In this document: piece by piece, positions 36,903-51,610 of the stretch
How the letters are laid out: the number at the start of each line of letters is the position of its first letter
How positions within the stretch are numbered: position 1 is the first letter of the stretch
From: Lepidodermella squamata
Taxonomy: Eukaryota; Animalia; Gastrotricha
Reading direction: 5' to 3'
Assembly (NCBI GenBank): GCA_047495785.1
Contig: JBLDXI010000045.1
Coordinates: forward strand, 682,001-746,000
DNA length: 64,000 nt
Translations under genes and position numbers: made by a program
The notes under the pieces: generated by a model
What the model was told of the DNA's origin: nothing
What the model saw: the letters and a program-made list of their open reading frames with translations, nothing else
Database searches by the model: none

Positions 36903-37012
36903 TAAAAAATATTAGAAACAACCTAACAAAGAAATAAAGTTACAATAACACCGGTTTTACTATAATAAACGACTTGGAGATAAACGATACTCCATAGCAC
37001 AACACGAAAAAT

Positions 37013-39566
37013 TCACGGTTTCAAGCTAAAAATGCTCAGCAAGTTTTGAAGCTTATCAAGAAAAGATGAGCCAGGTAGAAAAGAAAGATCAATATAGGCC
37101 GATTCGTCGTTGTTCGACGCCACGTCCTGCGGCTCCTCCTTAACTTGTTCAGCACGGTCGACAATTGACTGGAAGAAAGTGTTTCGAATGCGAACTTGAG
37201 GAGGCGCATCAGGCGATAGCAAAACGCACAACTCGTTACTGAAGGACGGATGGGTAACTGTTAGCAGCCGTAAAGAAGACAGACCGACGGCCGAGCGCTG
37301 GTTTCTGGGCACGAGACCGGCTGCCGAGGCCATTCGCTGGCCACATTCAATGAAGTAATCATGGACCAATTCACCAACGTGAATTCTCAGCAGTTGTAAT
37401 TCGTCGTCGATATCGAACACTGAGCCGTCCTTCGCGACAACTTTGATGTTATCGACATCGACAATTGCCATGGAATAGGCGCGGGAATAATCATAACCGG
37501 GTGAGATTACGGTCAGTCGAGCAGTGCAAAATGTTGGCGATGTAATGGCGCTCCAGTGAACAATTAATCGAGCAGCGTAATTGACTCGCACATCGGCTGC
37601 TAGCCGGTCTAGTTTGCGTTCAAGCCGGCGTCGAGTGACCATGTGACGTGCCTGGTCCAAAACTTGAGCAAGGATCGCTTTCTTCTCCGTAGTACCACCG
37701 ACATTCAGTGGCGCAGTCGTGGGCAAAGTCGCAAGCTGAAGATTATCGCTAAAACAAAAATAGCACGAAATTGAAACGTTCCGTAGAATTAGAAAAACAT
37801 CTAAATACTAGCGCCTCTAAAATTTATGAGGGTCAAATGCTAATTTCAAGCATTCTAGCTTTTCTCTCAATGTATGCCAAGAGCTTAGGAAGAAGAAATA
37901 ATCTAGAAACCACATTACTTCTGGGCAAATAAAGCCAAAGTCTCAAATTTTAGGTGATTAGAAAACTTACTTGTGCATCTTCCTTAAAAGAGCCATACTC
38001 GATAGAAGTAAGGCCCGGCTGAGACTGGACTGAATCGAAAGACTTGGTTTAGCTGGGTCGGTAGTAGGTCGACCTCGAGTTAGGGTTATAGTTAAGACGG
38101 CTCGGCTATTCGGTGACAAGCGGCAAGTCAGCGAATCTCGAGTTACAACAACCTGATGATCGCCAACACGTTGTTGTAAAGCGTCATTGGCCAATGTCGC
38201 GAACAGCTCTTCGTAGAACAAATTCTGCTGAGCCTGGACAAGTTTAGCTTCCAGCGTGGCGGCAGGCCCTTTCGGCGATGAAGAAATACTGCTACCGGTC
38301 AAATCTGATAGCTGAGGATCGTCCGGATCACTGAGGAGTACAGCTATTGATACCGGCTGGTCAAGCCCGGTCGGCAGAATGACATCAATGCCGCCGTCCG
38401 TCGCGTCATTCGGCGATGAATCGAGTTGAATGACTTCGAAAGTAGGCGGGCGCTGTGAGCCGAATCGAGATCCAACAGAACAGAAACTCAAATCACCGAC
38501 TGGTACTCCAGCCGCCGTTCTCCGCATGCGCCACCGCTTGCGCAGTTTGGCGAGCTGATTCACAAAAGAACCAGGATGCGAAGATTGGCGATATGCTGTG
38601 ACGAGTTGCTCTGTTGCTATAAACAAATGGCGGTGAGCTGACTGAAGGCCGGCTCGTTTTACGGCTGCGACCAATGCGTTCAGAGATTCGGATGGAACTT
38701 CTGGATTGGCAGTTCGGTCGAGCAGAACCCATTTATTAGTCCGGGCGACGACGAGCAGATCAGATAGAACGGTGAATTCCGTCAACGCACTCCTAAAAAA
38801 AGGAAATGGATGAAGTTAGTCCTAATCCGAATGGCTGTATGCTGTGCCGTTCAACATTTAACATGATTTTTCATGTTGAAACTCGCTCTTTCAAATCTTC
38901 AATAATTCAATATGACGGCTGTCAGATTTTTTCTCAAATTTTTTAAAATATTTTCAAAGTTTTCCCGCGAGACAAATCAATCCAAAAAGAGTATTTGCAA
39001 AAGCAAAAAGCAACAAAAGACGAAAATTGTCTTTTTCGGGGAAAATTTGCCGTTTGCGGAACTTCTTAAACAAGTAATTTTCTCATTATGTTGATTGAAT
39101 TCTCTTACTGTAAATGACGCTTCACGACTTCCAAAGTGGGTCTAGACTTGTCTTTTTCACTGATTAAACCGCTAGAGTAAGCCGGTTCGCTCTTCACAAG
39201 TTGCGAATCCTCATTAATTTCCGCTACATTCTGAGGAGGCGGCTGGTGTACTGGCTGTTGTACTGGCTGCTGTTGTTGCTGGTTCTGCCCTTCCTCAACT
39301 GGAACAACCCCGCTGGGGCTACTAGTTGCGCCACTCTCCGTAAATACAGGATCTCGTTCAACGAATTGAAATCGCTCGACCAGACCGGCAAAGTACGTGG
39401 CCAACGTGTCAGCCCTTGATGATAAAATTCAAAGTATTGTGTCTTTTTTGGCTCAGATTAATTAGGCAAATTCAACTCACGGGATCAAAACCTCGCGGCC
39501 GTCAAACGTAATTTCTTTGATTTTGTACTCCTGGTAACTCTCAATGGCAACTTTCGCCTTGTCCAT
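37013..39566 (-). CDS. MED17: Mediator subunit 17
   Basis: Exons 39566-39481, 39414-39109, 38792-37971, 37748-37013. KVAIES..IKEITFDGRE, LQSALTEFTVLSDLL, LRKRWRMRRT..GDLSFCSVGSRF, KLVQAQQNLFYEELFATL. Confidence 0.85.
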
Positions 39567-40362
39567 TGTCACCAGTTATATTTATAGCTCTAGATAACAA
39601 GCAGAAAATACAAGGTCATACCTAATTTTAACGGCATTGTTTTACTTCTTCCCGCCAAAACATAATAATTTAATATTCTTATTAAATATTATCATCATTC
39701 AACTGCTGGCTCAATTTTTTTTACAGCATTTGCGATAAATACAGGAGATAAATATAATATTATTTTTAGATTGTAGTGTACAATTTTTCAAGTGGTTGTT
39801 ATACGATAGAACGATGGTTTTAATGTCGATATTGCTCGTTTCACAGGTCACGTGGTGCCTCAGTGCATCCATGCGCGACAAACAAAACAAATCAGCAGCA
39901 TAACCACTGCTCGTGGTCGACTCGTTACAGCTCATCAAGATTTTCGCACATCAGTAATTAATATCATACGAGAGCACCGACTCACTCAATCCACGAGGTG
40001 TATATTGTAAGTAGTACTAGACAAAACAAGATCAGAAAAATATTCAGTCGATCTGAGCAGGATGTGACATAGCAGGTGATCTTCCTCTTGTGTTAATAGC
40101 GTAAAAGCAAGTTTTATTATCAAGTAGTATGATTTTGGAAAGCCATCAAACACCACGTGTGACAACATCAAGAAACATCACGAACCACAGCGTATTCTTT
40201 GATTTTACAGTGCTTCTTCGCCAGCGCAAGGTGACCCAGCATAACTCAACAACAAATCAACACACCACACGCTCGATATAAAGCACTTTCCTTATGTTAC
40301 AGTTGAATATAATTATAGCCGGTGTTAGTATTAATGCAGTATTGTCACTGATCGAATACCAA

Positions 40363-42503
40363 TTATTTGGCGTAATAAATGCGGTAGTAAAGCGTTTTTG
40401 ACCGCCACAGCGAGTAAGAGTTATCAAAGCGGAGCAGGTAGACACCTCGGGCAGGCGCGAAGTCATGCGAGCCGCATTGCACCTCGGCGTGGCTGTCGCG
40501 GCGGGTGAGAGCAACCAGCTCATCAACGGGAGGACCTTCTTTCTTGGGTCGCCGCGGGCCCTTTTCGACATCGCCCTCCGCGGCGCCTGATTCGTTGGCG
40601 GGGGCCTCGCCATTTTCACCATTCACTTCCTCCTCTTCTTCCTCCTCTTCACTGTCAGACAGCTGGATTCGGACCTGGTCGTCCTCGGCCGGTTGCCATT
40701 CGAAGAAAACACCGAATCCAATGTCATAGCTATCTGTCATAAATTCCCAGTACAAGCTAGTGGCATCATTATTTGTTGGGACTCGAATCTAGACAGGGAG
40801 AGAAATTTAATATTCATATTTGGGGATATAAATTAATTTTACCGTTATGCTTTCGCCCGAGCCAATTTTGATAATTGCTTCACTATTTTCACGCTTTATC
40901 GTGTCTTTGAAATTCTTGGTATTTTTGTGAGTCCATAGACGAACGGGAGCCATCGGAATCGGCTGCATCGGCTCGGCATTCCCGTTTTGCTCGCCATTCG
41001 GAACGTTGAGCAGGTTAGGCGGGCGCTCCTGAGTTTGCACGTGAATGATCGCTGGAGTGGGCGCGCCCAGCTGAGACTCAGCGGCTCCTTCGATAGGAAT
41101 ATTAGCGAGGGGCATAACAGCCGGTGGTGGTACTACAGTCGGCATTTGTCCGTTGGTAGCGTCGAGTGGTTGATTACTAGGTGCTAATTGCGAGGGTTGT
41201 TGAGGAAGCGATTGAGACGACTGTGGGTCGGCGTAAGGGTAGTAAGCTTGAGGTTGACCGTTGGTATTTCCAGAGATTTGCTGCTGCTGTTGATACCAAT
41301 GGGTCATAAACTGCTGAAAGTGCTGCTCTTGGAGCTGCCTTATCAGCTCGTTCTGCTTTTCGATTTCGTTCGGATACTGTTGCTCGGCGTAGTGCTTAAA
41401 CTGAACAGCAGTTTGCTCGTTAAGCGCCGCTCTAATGCTCTGCCTGTAAGGGACATTTTTGTGAAAGTGATCGACTTGAAATTAAGATACAACTTACTCG
41501 TGTTCTAACCAGCGTTGATATTCGGCGGCTTGTCTCGCAAGAACTTCGCTCTCGGCGCTCTTCTGATCTTGAGATATAACTTCTTGCCTACAAAGACAGA
41601 ATATCGAAAAAATAAGTCAGTGCTACACAGCGGGGTGAACAAAACGCGGTGATTTGCAAATGCATTTGCGAATGAAGCATATAATGAAGTCAGTAGTATA
41701 TAGTCGCTGCACAACTCTTTCCGCGTCAAATTTCGGCGTTACGTGACTTTTACTAAAGATTAAGAATCAGAGGCGTTCTATGTAGCGTGAAAAAATCGAT
41801 TGCGCCGGAAAACACTATCGCACACACACACGCGCGCTACAGAGATAAACGGAAAGATACGCAGCTTGATAAATTCGCTTAATTTAGCTCGCAGCACCTG
41901 TCGTCTGTGCCAGGACCATCAATAAATATGGACAGACTTAGAACCTAAATTTCAGGAAGTTCATCTTCGAAACGGATATGTTTTTCCGCTGAAAATTCCA
42001 TAGCTTAAAAAGCATAACTCAAGTGTTTCAAATTTTTAATGCCAAATCGACTACCAGCATGAGTAAAAATTGCTTGCAATCGCACTTAGTTTTAGCAGCT
42101 GTGCATTGATTTCTATATGGATAGAAAAATCAATAACATACCTAACACGCTCTTGCTCTAGCCGATTGGCACGGTGTGCTTCGAGGTAAGGCCGAAACAA
42201 AGGCGAGTTTTTATCGACCAGGCTGACAAGCTCTGCCATAGCTGTTTCACGGGGCATGTCTCCGAGCTGGCGCCAGGCCTCGCGACGGTCATTTCCGACG
42301 CGGTCGAGGAACCCAACTTCAGGCGATTGATCGGGGTTGAAAGGACCTTTGGAAGCTTGTTTCGCTAAGGCAGCGAGTCGCATTTTGTCGGCATAGCTAA
42401 GTGCAACCGCTTTGGTGCCGTCTTTTTCGTGCATAAATTTCAAGGCTAAATCGTAGGTTTCCTTCGTCGAGAATCCACACAATCCACCGCCGTCGTCAGC
42501 CAT
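40363..42503 (-). CDS. ACBD3: Golgi resident protein GCP60 (ACB domain, Q-rich region, GOLD domain)
   Basis: [34 protein letters not shown] (ACB), [56 protein letters not shown] (GOLD). Three introns. Confidence 0.95.
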
Positions 42504-43270
42504 GGTTTTTGATTGTAATAAAAATTTACTAAACAGATCTACGACTAAAGATAAAAAAAATTGAAATATATGCAAGTGGACACATTTATTTTCTTTGACT
42601 GCAGCAAATCAATAAGTTCAGCTCTAATGATATAGAGATGATATGTGGACATGGTCGCTAATCGCTAATGTTTACGAAGAAATCAACAAAATATCCATGC
42701 ACCAACTTTCCATAATTTTATAGATTCGTTAAAACACAAGACGATGGCATGTGAAGATGAACTCACTAGTAGTGCATTGCTACCATTTCAAATTTTCACT
42801 CAAAACAAACACATTAGGGAGAGAGAAGAGATAGAAGGCAAGACGGCCAGGTTTTGGAACGAGACAACCGCAATGCGAAGGGAAATTATTCCTCCTTAAA
42901 AGTAACTAGGTATACGGAAATGATAGAAACGAATGAGATGCGTGTTAAAAAATGATCGCTGATGATGTTGCCTGCTGCTCGCTACAGAACGCTTTGCAAA
43001 GAAAAAGGCAAAAGACCACTAGAATTACAGTATTATGATTCAGTCAACAAATAGTCATAAAGTAAGAATACGAACACACCAGAAAAAAATAATGCATTTA
43101 TACACATGGTTTATGTGGAACTTTCAGCGCAAACCGGATCAGGCCGGTGTGTTTTGAGAAAAATTTACACATGTCCACACAATTTGAAGAATTATATCAT
43201 ATCATCATAATTCATAAATCACTTTACGCATATATATAAACGGCACTTTAAATTTGAAAAGGTATCAAGT

Positions 43271-46200
43271 CTAGTTGAAATAAAAGCCACGCTCGAATTT
43301 TACAGCAACGAGAAGACGCTCGTGCAAAATTTCGTCAGAACTGTAGTCGGGCAGCTTCAGGTAGTGCAAGCAGGTGTTTACCGACGGGTAGGCCCCGTCT
43401 CCACCATCCTTTCGCACCACCGTCAATCGCGGCTGCAGACTCGAAAGACCGCCTGGAGGCAGCGATGAGCAGCCAGTTGCGAATCGCACAAACGCCCTAC
43501 GATCAGGACCTAGAATGGAAAAATAAGATCAATTTCAAGATGCAAGACTCAAATAATTACCAGATAGTTGAGTAAGCACTCGGGCAAGGCGCAAGAACCC
43601 AGGTGATTCACGCGTATAGCCGAATTTCGGCTCGGTGTTGCTGATAATATCTTCAACGGCCCACTGTGGGTATCGCTCGCCGACTACCAGTGAAGCTAGT
43701 TCGGCAGGTGACGAAGCGAAAAGGCTCAAGGATGAAAGCGGGAAAACAGCATCGAAACCTTCACGCATTGCAACAATTTGGCGGCGAATGCCGGAGTAGA
43801 GACTGAAATCAAGTAGGCGATCAACGTATTCAGTGACGTTACTCGAGTCAACATCAGCATCGGAGTTTTCCCCGAAACTGTGACTACTGAAGCCGTAAAC
43901 ACGGGACGAGGCTTGGTAGCCGTATGAAAGGCAAAGATCTTCTAGCTTGATTCGCTCTGGTTTCCCGGGTGAAATAGCAACAGTTCCATCAATCGGTTCA
44001 TAAGTTTGCAATTGGGCAATGGAACGAGCGAGGTATGGATGTACATCAGCCAGGTCTGAAAAGGACAGGTGGCCGTAGAACCAGAGTGGATCGATAGGAC
44101 CAGGTAGCGCGGGGACTAAAAACGGCGAAACAACCTCTGCGGGCGTTGCTGCGGTTTCAGTCAATGAACAAGACGTGAGGATTTTCAGGAGTGGGACCGA
44201 TAGTGGAATATCAACCAAACGGCCGTCTTGGATTGCTTTGGCAATAATTGTACCAAGGACTCGGAAGAGAGGCAGAACTTTGTCGAGCTGAGGCGAGTCC
44301 TGAGGGTAAGGCGCTGGGAACAAACCGCCGGCTCGATGGACGTAGAAACCCGGTGGCCTCTGACCATGGCCCAAATCAAGATCGCGATCGTCTGGTTTTG
44401 TCTCTCCAGCAACGGTATCTTTCTCGGGGTTATCTTCATCATCATCACACATCCACATGCCAGTGCGCTTTTCCTGAAGAGCGGCTGAGGTGAGGGCGTA
44501 GAATTCAAGAGTTGGGCCCAGCCCAGTGCCTTCTTCGCCGAGAAATTCCACCTCGAGAATCGCCTTTCGAGAAGCGTGATGAGTGAAAACTTGCTGGGCC
44601 CACGCGAAGAACGTTTCAGCCGGCGCTCGAGGAACTCGAACTCGTTCGTGCTTCAACCGACCGACATGCGCATCGAGACCCAATGCACCCCCTGTAACAG
44701 CGGCGTATTCATCCAATTGTCGCCTGGCTGCTGCCGGGCCACCAGCAGCTGAAGCGGCCGACAAAGCCGCAGCGTCTCGTTTCGATTGCAACCAAACAAC
44801 AGCCCTAGTTGTCCCGAACGCTGTACCTTGAAGCAGGGAAATGCGGGTCTCCAGCGGTAACAACCACGGGCAACCTTTCGACAGTGTGTGGACCCACTTC
44901 GGCAAAGCTCCACAAGCGACGGTGACAACATCGGCTAATTGTTGCTCGAATTTGACAGTCAAGCGGCGGCTGACAAAGGTTTCAGGTTGAACAACGTCGC
45001 CAAATGCGTTATGGAGCAACATCAACACATCAGCTATTTCATTGGTCTGAGGGCACATAACCGAGTTAACTGCCGGCGGGATAGTAACCGGCTCTCGAGC
45101 TGGTGTTGACTTCGCATTAGGCGTTCCCAAGACCTTGCTCGACTGCGATGATTTAGGCTGTTTATTAAACCATTCTTCATAGATTTTCACCAACTGCGAG
45201 GTTGGCATTAAGCGTTTCAGCTGACGCCTCGAACCAACTAGCTCCCACTTAGTCAACATAGCCTGGTCAGCATTCAGCATGAGAAAATCGATCAATTCCT
45301 GTTTAGGCAGCCGATCAGACCCGGCGTGCTTTTTCACGAACGCAACGCTCCACAAACCCTCTGGGGTTTGTTTCAAATTTTCGTCCCCTTCAGTAGGGTC
45401 GATCGGTTCAAAATTTTTGCCCGTCGCAGATTTCAACCGGTAGACAAGGGTGAAAGTTGTTTCCCACAACCGACGAAGCTTATCAGCTTTCACCGTAGTT
45501 CCTAAACTTTGCAGCATCATATCTTGAACGTAACTGAAAATCGTGCGATTCGGGTCAGCGAGAACGACCTCCTGCTCAGGCAGACCAGGTAAATGCGGCC
45601 CTTTCAAACTAAGCTCGAGCAGGCGAGGTGACGGAGGGGTAATTCCTGAATTTTGATTGACATGCTGGGTGTGGCTTGATTCGCCATTCGGGGCGGGAAC
45701 GTTGTAGTCCTGGGTTTGGTTGACATTTGTGCGACCTGGGCGAGGGTCAAAAGCTGGTAGAAGAGCGGCTAAAGACGCTCGCAACACGAAATCATCGTCC
45801 CAGACAGCCTGTTGACGGCCGCGCTGGTTTGACTCAGAAGTCGTTTCATCGTCAGACTAAAATGAAAAAATCCTTAAACCTGATTAAAATCTCAGAAAAC
45901 GCAATTTACCTCCTCCTGGACATCTTCGAATTCATCAGTGGCACCGCCATCGTCATCCTCTTCGTCATCTTCCTCGGGTGGTAAGTCAAGAGCGGCCGCA
46001 GCTGATTCCGCCCGAAGGCGATCTTCGAATTCGTCGACAACATCGTTGATAACCGCGGCAGGAGATGCTTGTTCGAGTGAACAGACAGAGACGATTTGCG
46101 GTTCGGCGGAGCTAGGCGCCAAAACAGGGTCCACGGTCTCGCCGGCCGGTGTGTTGGCGGTGACTAGGGTTTCCAGCTCACTCTCACTGCCTCCAACCGA

Positions 46201-49200
46201 CTGAGGAGCGACACGAGGCGGCGGCACAGGAGCTGATGGTCGAAGAGTAGACGTCGAAGCTAGATTCGGGTATGACTGGGCCGTATTCGGGAATTCGGAC
46301 GATGGCTGAAGACCGCTGCTCGAGCTGCCGATAGGGCCACCGATACCAGGAGCGGACGGCAAGATCGGGATATTTCGCTTAGCCAGCAGATCGAACAGGC
46401 GCATACGGAAACTCGGTGACGCGCCGGGAACCGACGACAAAATTCCGGCGATTCGATTTAACATGCGCAACTCGTCATCTCCGTCGTCGGACATGATTCG
46501 CTCTCGGCCTTCGATGTTAGCCGCGCCTGGCAATTTGCCACCGTCGCCGCTGTTGTTCATCAACGCGCTGTTAGCTAGTTCAGGGGCGCTTGAGAATTGC
46601 TGTTGAGCAATGGCGGCTATTCCTTTATTTTCGTCAGATTTCTGACCTCGCAATGCCGATTCTTGCGAGTCAGGTTTTGTGAAGAATTCCTCCTCTAAAT
46701 CGCCTATTTGACGCAGGAGACGAGCTTCGGCGCTGAGCAGCAACTCAGCAATGCCACTATCAGCAATTTCAGCCAGCGACATAGCAGCAGCGGCCAACGA
46801 GTTTTGCTCGGCGAATCGGCGAGGAGGGGGTGGTAAAACAGCCGGTAGAGACGGCGGACTAGCCGAGACATCATCAGCCGAAACCGCGCTTGACTCCGGG
46901 TCCAAATTCGACTGGAAGCCACTAGTAGCCGATCTACCAGCGGCCAGATCAGTCTGAGTCAACGCCGGGGTCGACGAACTTTTGTTCCGGCTACCGCTCA
47001 TTGGTCGTTGTAATTTTCGAGATCGCGACTTATCGCCCGAAACCGGGACGACATTCGCTGGTTTGGATGACGCGCTTGGGGCTAGGTCGAGGTCGTACTT
47101 ACCCTCGGCACCCATGCGGTAGGAATTGATACCACCCGCATCCCATTGCACCTCGACCCAGCCGTTGTGAAGTGGGCGGGTGACGACGCCTTCGCCTCGA
47201 GGAACGCCGTCCTGGGACCGCCATTGCCAATCCGGACCTCGGACCACCTTCACCCCTGGGACCATCTGTCGCAACAGGTGGGACCGGGTGTGTCGTGACT
47301 GAGCTTCCGTGAGTTCTTCCGGGCATTTTGGGCTTGCATTGACGCTTTGGTTCAAATCATCACAACCATTCAAAACCTTGCCGTAAATCTCAAACCCGCT
47401 GAACGATAAGCAATGGTGCTGACCTGAAGAGTTTGGTCCGTTAGCTTGAAGCCGAATGTAACGATAGCCCTTATCACTAGCCCCGGTGACGGGTTCACCC
47501 GACAATTGCCACGTGGCGGTCTGGCCGGGCTCGAGTAGAGAGCTGTCGCCCACGTGCGTTTTAAGGACGACCCAAGATCTCCCGTCCACCGAACCCAATA
47601 GCTGCCAATTTCTCGGCGCAGATCGATGGCCGTAACCTCGTGAATAGCGCAACGTGTACGCCGAGAGCTGGACGAAAATTCCAAGATCAACGGTGATAGC
47701 GGCTTGTTTGCTATCCTGGGTGTGGCAGTTCAAAGGACTGGCATCACGGCTCAAAATGTAATGCGGTTTCCCGTATGGCATTCGAGGCTTGTCTGATGTA
47801 GTCACCGAAACCAGCCCAGTTTGACCAGGGTTCACCCAATCTTGAACAGTTCGGCCGTTAGTGCCGATCCAGTAGAAAATTCCGTTCTCGTCAAAATCAT
47901 GCTCCCATGTGAATTCAAGCGTTTGATTAGCGTCTTTCGCCGCGGAGATTTGGCGGATAAACGCGAGCGATTTTCGATCACTAGTATCATACCACTGTTG
48001 CAATACCATCGAAGACAAATATCGGTCTAATACGTCGACAGTAACTAGAGGCTCCACCTTGAGCTGACGACCGGTTCGGTCGATGAATAACGTGTCTTTT
48101 TGAGCATAACCCGACTTTTCTAAGACTAGCCTGAGCCGCCGGCTGAGTAACTGCAGCCCGTAGCCGCTAGCCGGATGGCTCGACGTGGCTGAGGTCGCGT
48201 CGTAACTAACAACTTGCGACTTGTCGCAGGCCTCGAAAACGCCGACCATCAGTTTGACCAACTCATTCGCAGCGATATGCATGCCAGATTCATTTTCCTT
48301 ATCCTCACCAGACGATTTCTCGTGAAAGATCGTCTCCCGTAAAATTCGCATCGCCTCGTAATTCATTTTGTCGCCTGGCAGGGACAGGCATGATTTCAAA
48401 GCTGCGACCAAGCCGCTGTTTTGAGCTTCAAATGGCGAAAACGGCACGCGTCGTTCATTATTGCCAGGAACAGGCGAGCCATCGTCAGGTATAAACAGAT
48501 TTATCAATTCCGTAACAACTTGAACGAACTGGTCGCGCCATTTTTCGGTTTCTTTATCACTCGATGATCGAATGATCTGAGCGACTTTGTCCAGTTTTCT
48601 AGCAACTGTCGTCAACTTTGATGAGGTCTCAGCTTCACCTTCGCCGGGTTTGCGAAGATAAGCGCTGCCAATGTGCGCGGCAAGTTGCTTAGCTCGCTCT
48701 TTCATTGAAACCAGTCGGTTGACAACTGGAGGCCTGACTGGTCTGCGACCTGGCCACATCGGTAAATTATCGACAGGTAACATGGTATCGACTGTAATTG
48801 CATGTCGCGAGCCGGAAACAGAATTGAAAACGAACCCAGATACGTCCGGGCGAAGACTGATTGTTTGATTGGCCGCTCCCGAATTTCGGATGACTAACTC
48901 GGACGAAAGTTGGGCGTTCACATTACCGGTGGAAACCACTCCTGTTGGTTGAATCTCATGGGAGGTAAGCGACCAGTTGCCAATAGAAGCCCCGAGTATA
49001 CCCAGGTTCAACACCGAAACCCCCGATGTTGAAGTATTTGTAATTGAAGCTTGTGTTCTAAGGTGATGCAGTTTCTCCAGAAATTCGTCTCTGCTGGAAG
49101 AAGATTCCATGACTTCAGGTGTTCCAGAGCTGTACATAGTATTAAGGTGGCGATTCATTAAATAGTAGAACCAGCCGTTGGAGTCAAGAGGCAACTCTAG

Positions 49201-51610
49201 CAAGCAACCTGATTCGTGCCATAAGAAAATTGATTGCTCCGCTCTGAGAACAGCCCAATTTTGCCACCAATAAGGCTTGTTTACATCGATTACTGCTTGT
49301 TGTGCCTCGTTCGTCGAATCGCCCGAGTCTCGTTCAGAATCTTCAATGACCAACGTATCTTCTTGCCCACCGCTTGACGGGGTGACCAAGTCAGATGCAG
49401 CAGACGGGGTAGTCAGTGTTACTGTAGAAGACGGAGTTGTTGTCGAAGGTGCGAGATCATAAATTTTGGTCGGGAGGCCAAGCCTCAAGAAATGGTCCAT
49501 CATAATCGAACTGGCCCTAGCTAATAATTGTTCGCAAAGCTCTAGAGCTAAAACGTGCGTTTCATCGACATCGTCAGTATCAATCGAAGCGCATAACGCT
49601 TCGGTCAAAGATGAACAAGTTGATGAGGATGAGAGCATTTGCTGTAAAACGTTGGGAGGCGAGCAGTGGACTACTTTCTTTAGGATACTCAAAACACTTC
49701 GACGAAGAGCTGTAGATGACGATTGATGAAATGTGCCGACGATAACTGGTACGAGGCTCAACACGAAATCGACTGCCTGTTCGGTTGGTATCGACACAAC
49801 TGGAGCAACAGCTGGTGCTGTACTCTGCTCAATTTGTGGACCGGTTCCATGAACAGTGTGAGGCAGACTGCCACTCATCGCGTCTTGTGAGGTTGGAGAA
49901 TCCAGCGAATTGCGATTAATATCAGTCGGATTTTCTAACAATGATATAACCTCACGATGCCCTTCGCTATTCGCTGAATCATGACCCTCACGGGCTTTAT
50001 CAAGCGCTGTTTTCCCCTCATCGTCTCTAAGCTCCGCGTTAGCGCCGTGTCTCAGCAAAATTCTAGCAACATTAGGTCGCCCAAAACAGGCAGCGTAATG
50101 AAGAGAAGGGGAACGTTGGCCACGGTTGACGTCTGCGCCTCGTTCGCAAAGATATTCAACGATTTCAGGAGAGCCGAAAGCAGCAGCCCAATTCAGGAGA
50201 GTTTGACCGACATCATCTACGTAATTAGGGTCGAACCCAGATTCGATTGCGTCGATCAGCGCCTCGGTATCTTTGGCACGGATCAAGTCAATAACGCGAC
50301 GCGGAGATTTGTCACTGTTTGGGTTAAGGCGGCGGTGAATGTCGAGACGGCGACCACCTTTACTGCCTAGCTGCGTTACCGCGGTGTGGCCTTCGTATAG
50401 AATGATCAGCAATACATCAATCAAACGAAGTGCTTCAACCGCTACACGCTCATCGGCTCGAAGGACAGATTCTATGGCACCAATAATATCTCGACTCAGC
50501 AGTTCTCGCGTCACAACAACTGATCCCCTACACAGACTCGATAACAGATTCAATGAAGCAATCAGGCGCCCACCGCCAGCTCCGGAGGCCCACGCCGCTG
50601 CCGAGGTGGAAGAGGGCAGGGATGATGACAACGATTGACGATTGCCCGGTGTTGCGGGAGTCGTTGTAGCGACGTTGCAGCTTTCAGATAAATTAGGCCC
50701 AGCGTCAGAAATGAATTGCAATAGAACATCGAGCAGGCCACAGCGGATGAGAGGCTCTAAATCAGCCGACTTGTTGAGAAATCTCTCCGCCAGTGTTCCA
50801 AGACATCGCAATGCGCTATCACATAACTTGAAAGAAATACCAAAGTTTCATAAAAAAAAAGAAGGCCTGGCAAAAACGCAAACAAACCATTACGTCACCA
50901 GAATGAAGCATAGAAGTTAAGTTTTCAATGTAAGTGTTTAAATTTGAATCGCTTGAATCCAGCCTGGATATAAGGCGGGTAACAATGGACAGAGCTGAGC
51001 GTAGAGTATCCTCATGGGTTTGTTTGCGATTTATTGTAATGTAATTAAGTATTGATCCAAGACCTCCAGATTCAAAAACAACGCCCGGTTCTCGGCTGCA
51101 AACCAATTCCAATACCTAACATCCAGAAATCACATTTGTGGATAACATATGGAAGGTATTAAAAATACAAACTTTGACGCATTGTTCTGAGAGGTCTTTA
51201 CTTGTCTTCGAGTCAGAATCGGCAGTGTTCAGCCGCGCACAAAGTGCTTTCACTGCCCCATCGACCTGAACGATTCGCCTGGTACATTCAGAGCTGACAT
51301 CCAAGTAATAAGTAATGGCTCGGGCTGTGACTTCCAGGACACCTTCAGGTGCCTCTTTGTCGATGAATATATTGCAAAGTGCTGGAATAAATGTGCGGGG
51401 CGGATAACTGAGAAGAAAATAAGTAAACATTTGTAAGCAGATAGATCCAAACTTCACAAATTACCTTTCAAAGCATCGGTCAATATTATCTGAAAGTAGC
51501 AGGACCATACAAAGCTGTTCAAGAGCTTGCATTTGCATTTCACGCTCTTCTCCATGGCCACTTCCCAGCCATTGCAACAATGTGCTAGGATCAACATCTA
51601 AAACATCCAT
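43271..51610 (-). CDS. HECTD1: E3 ubiquitin ligase HECTD1
   Basis: [38 protein letters not shown] repeats, ankyrins ([15 protein letters not shown]), SUN-like ([14 protein letters not shown]), MIB/HERC2 ([22 protein letters not shown]), HECT ([31 protein letters not shown]). One exon of about 4.9 kb. Confidence 0.97.

Noticed and set aside
38851-38881. Small hairpin in MED17 intron 2, and nested hairpins in intron 3 (about 37800-37870)
   Set aside because: Too short or AT-rich, with no complete snoRNA box set.
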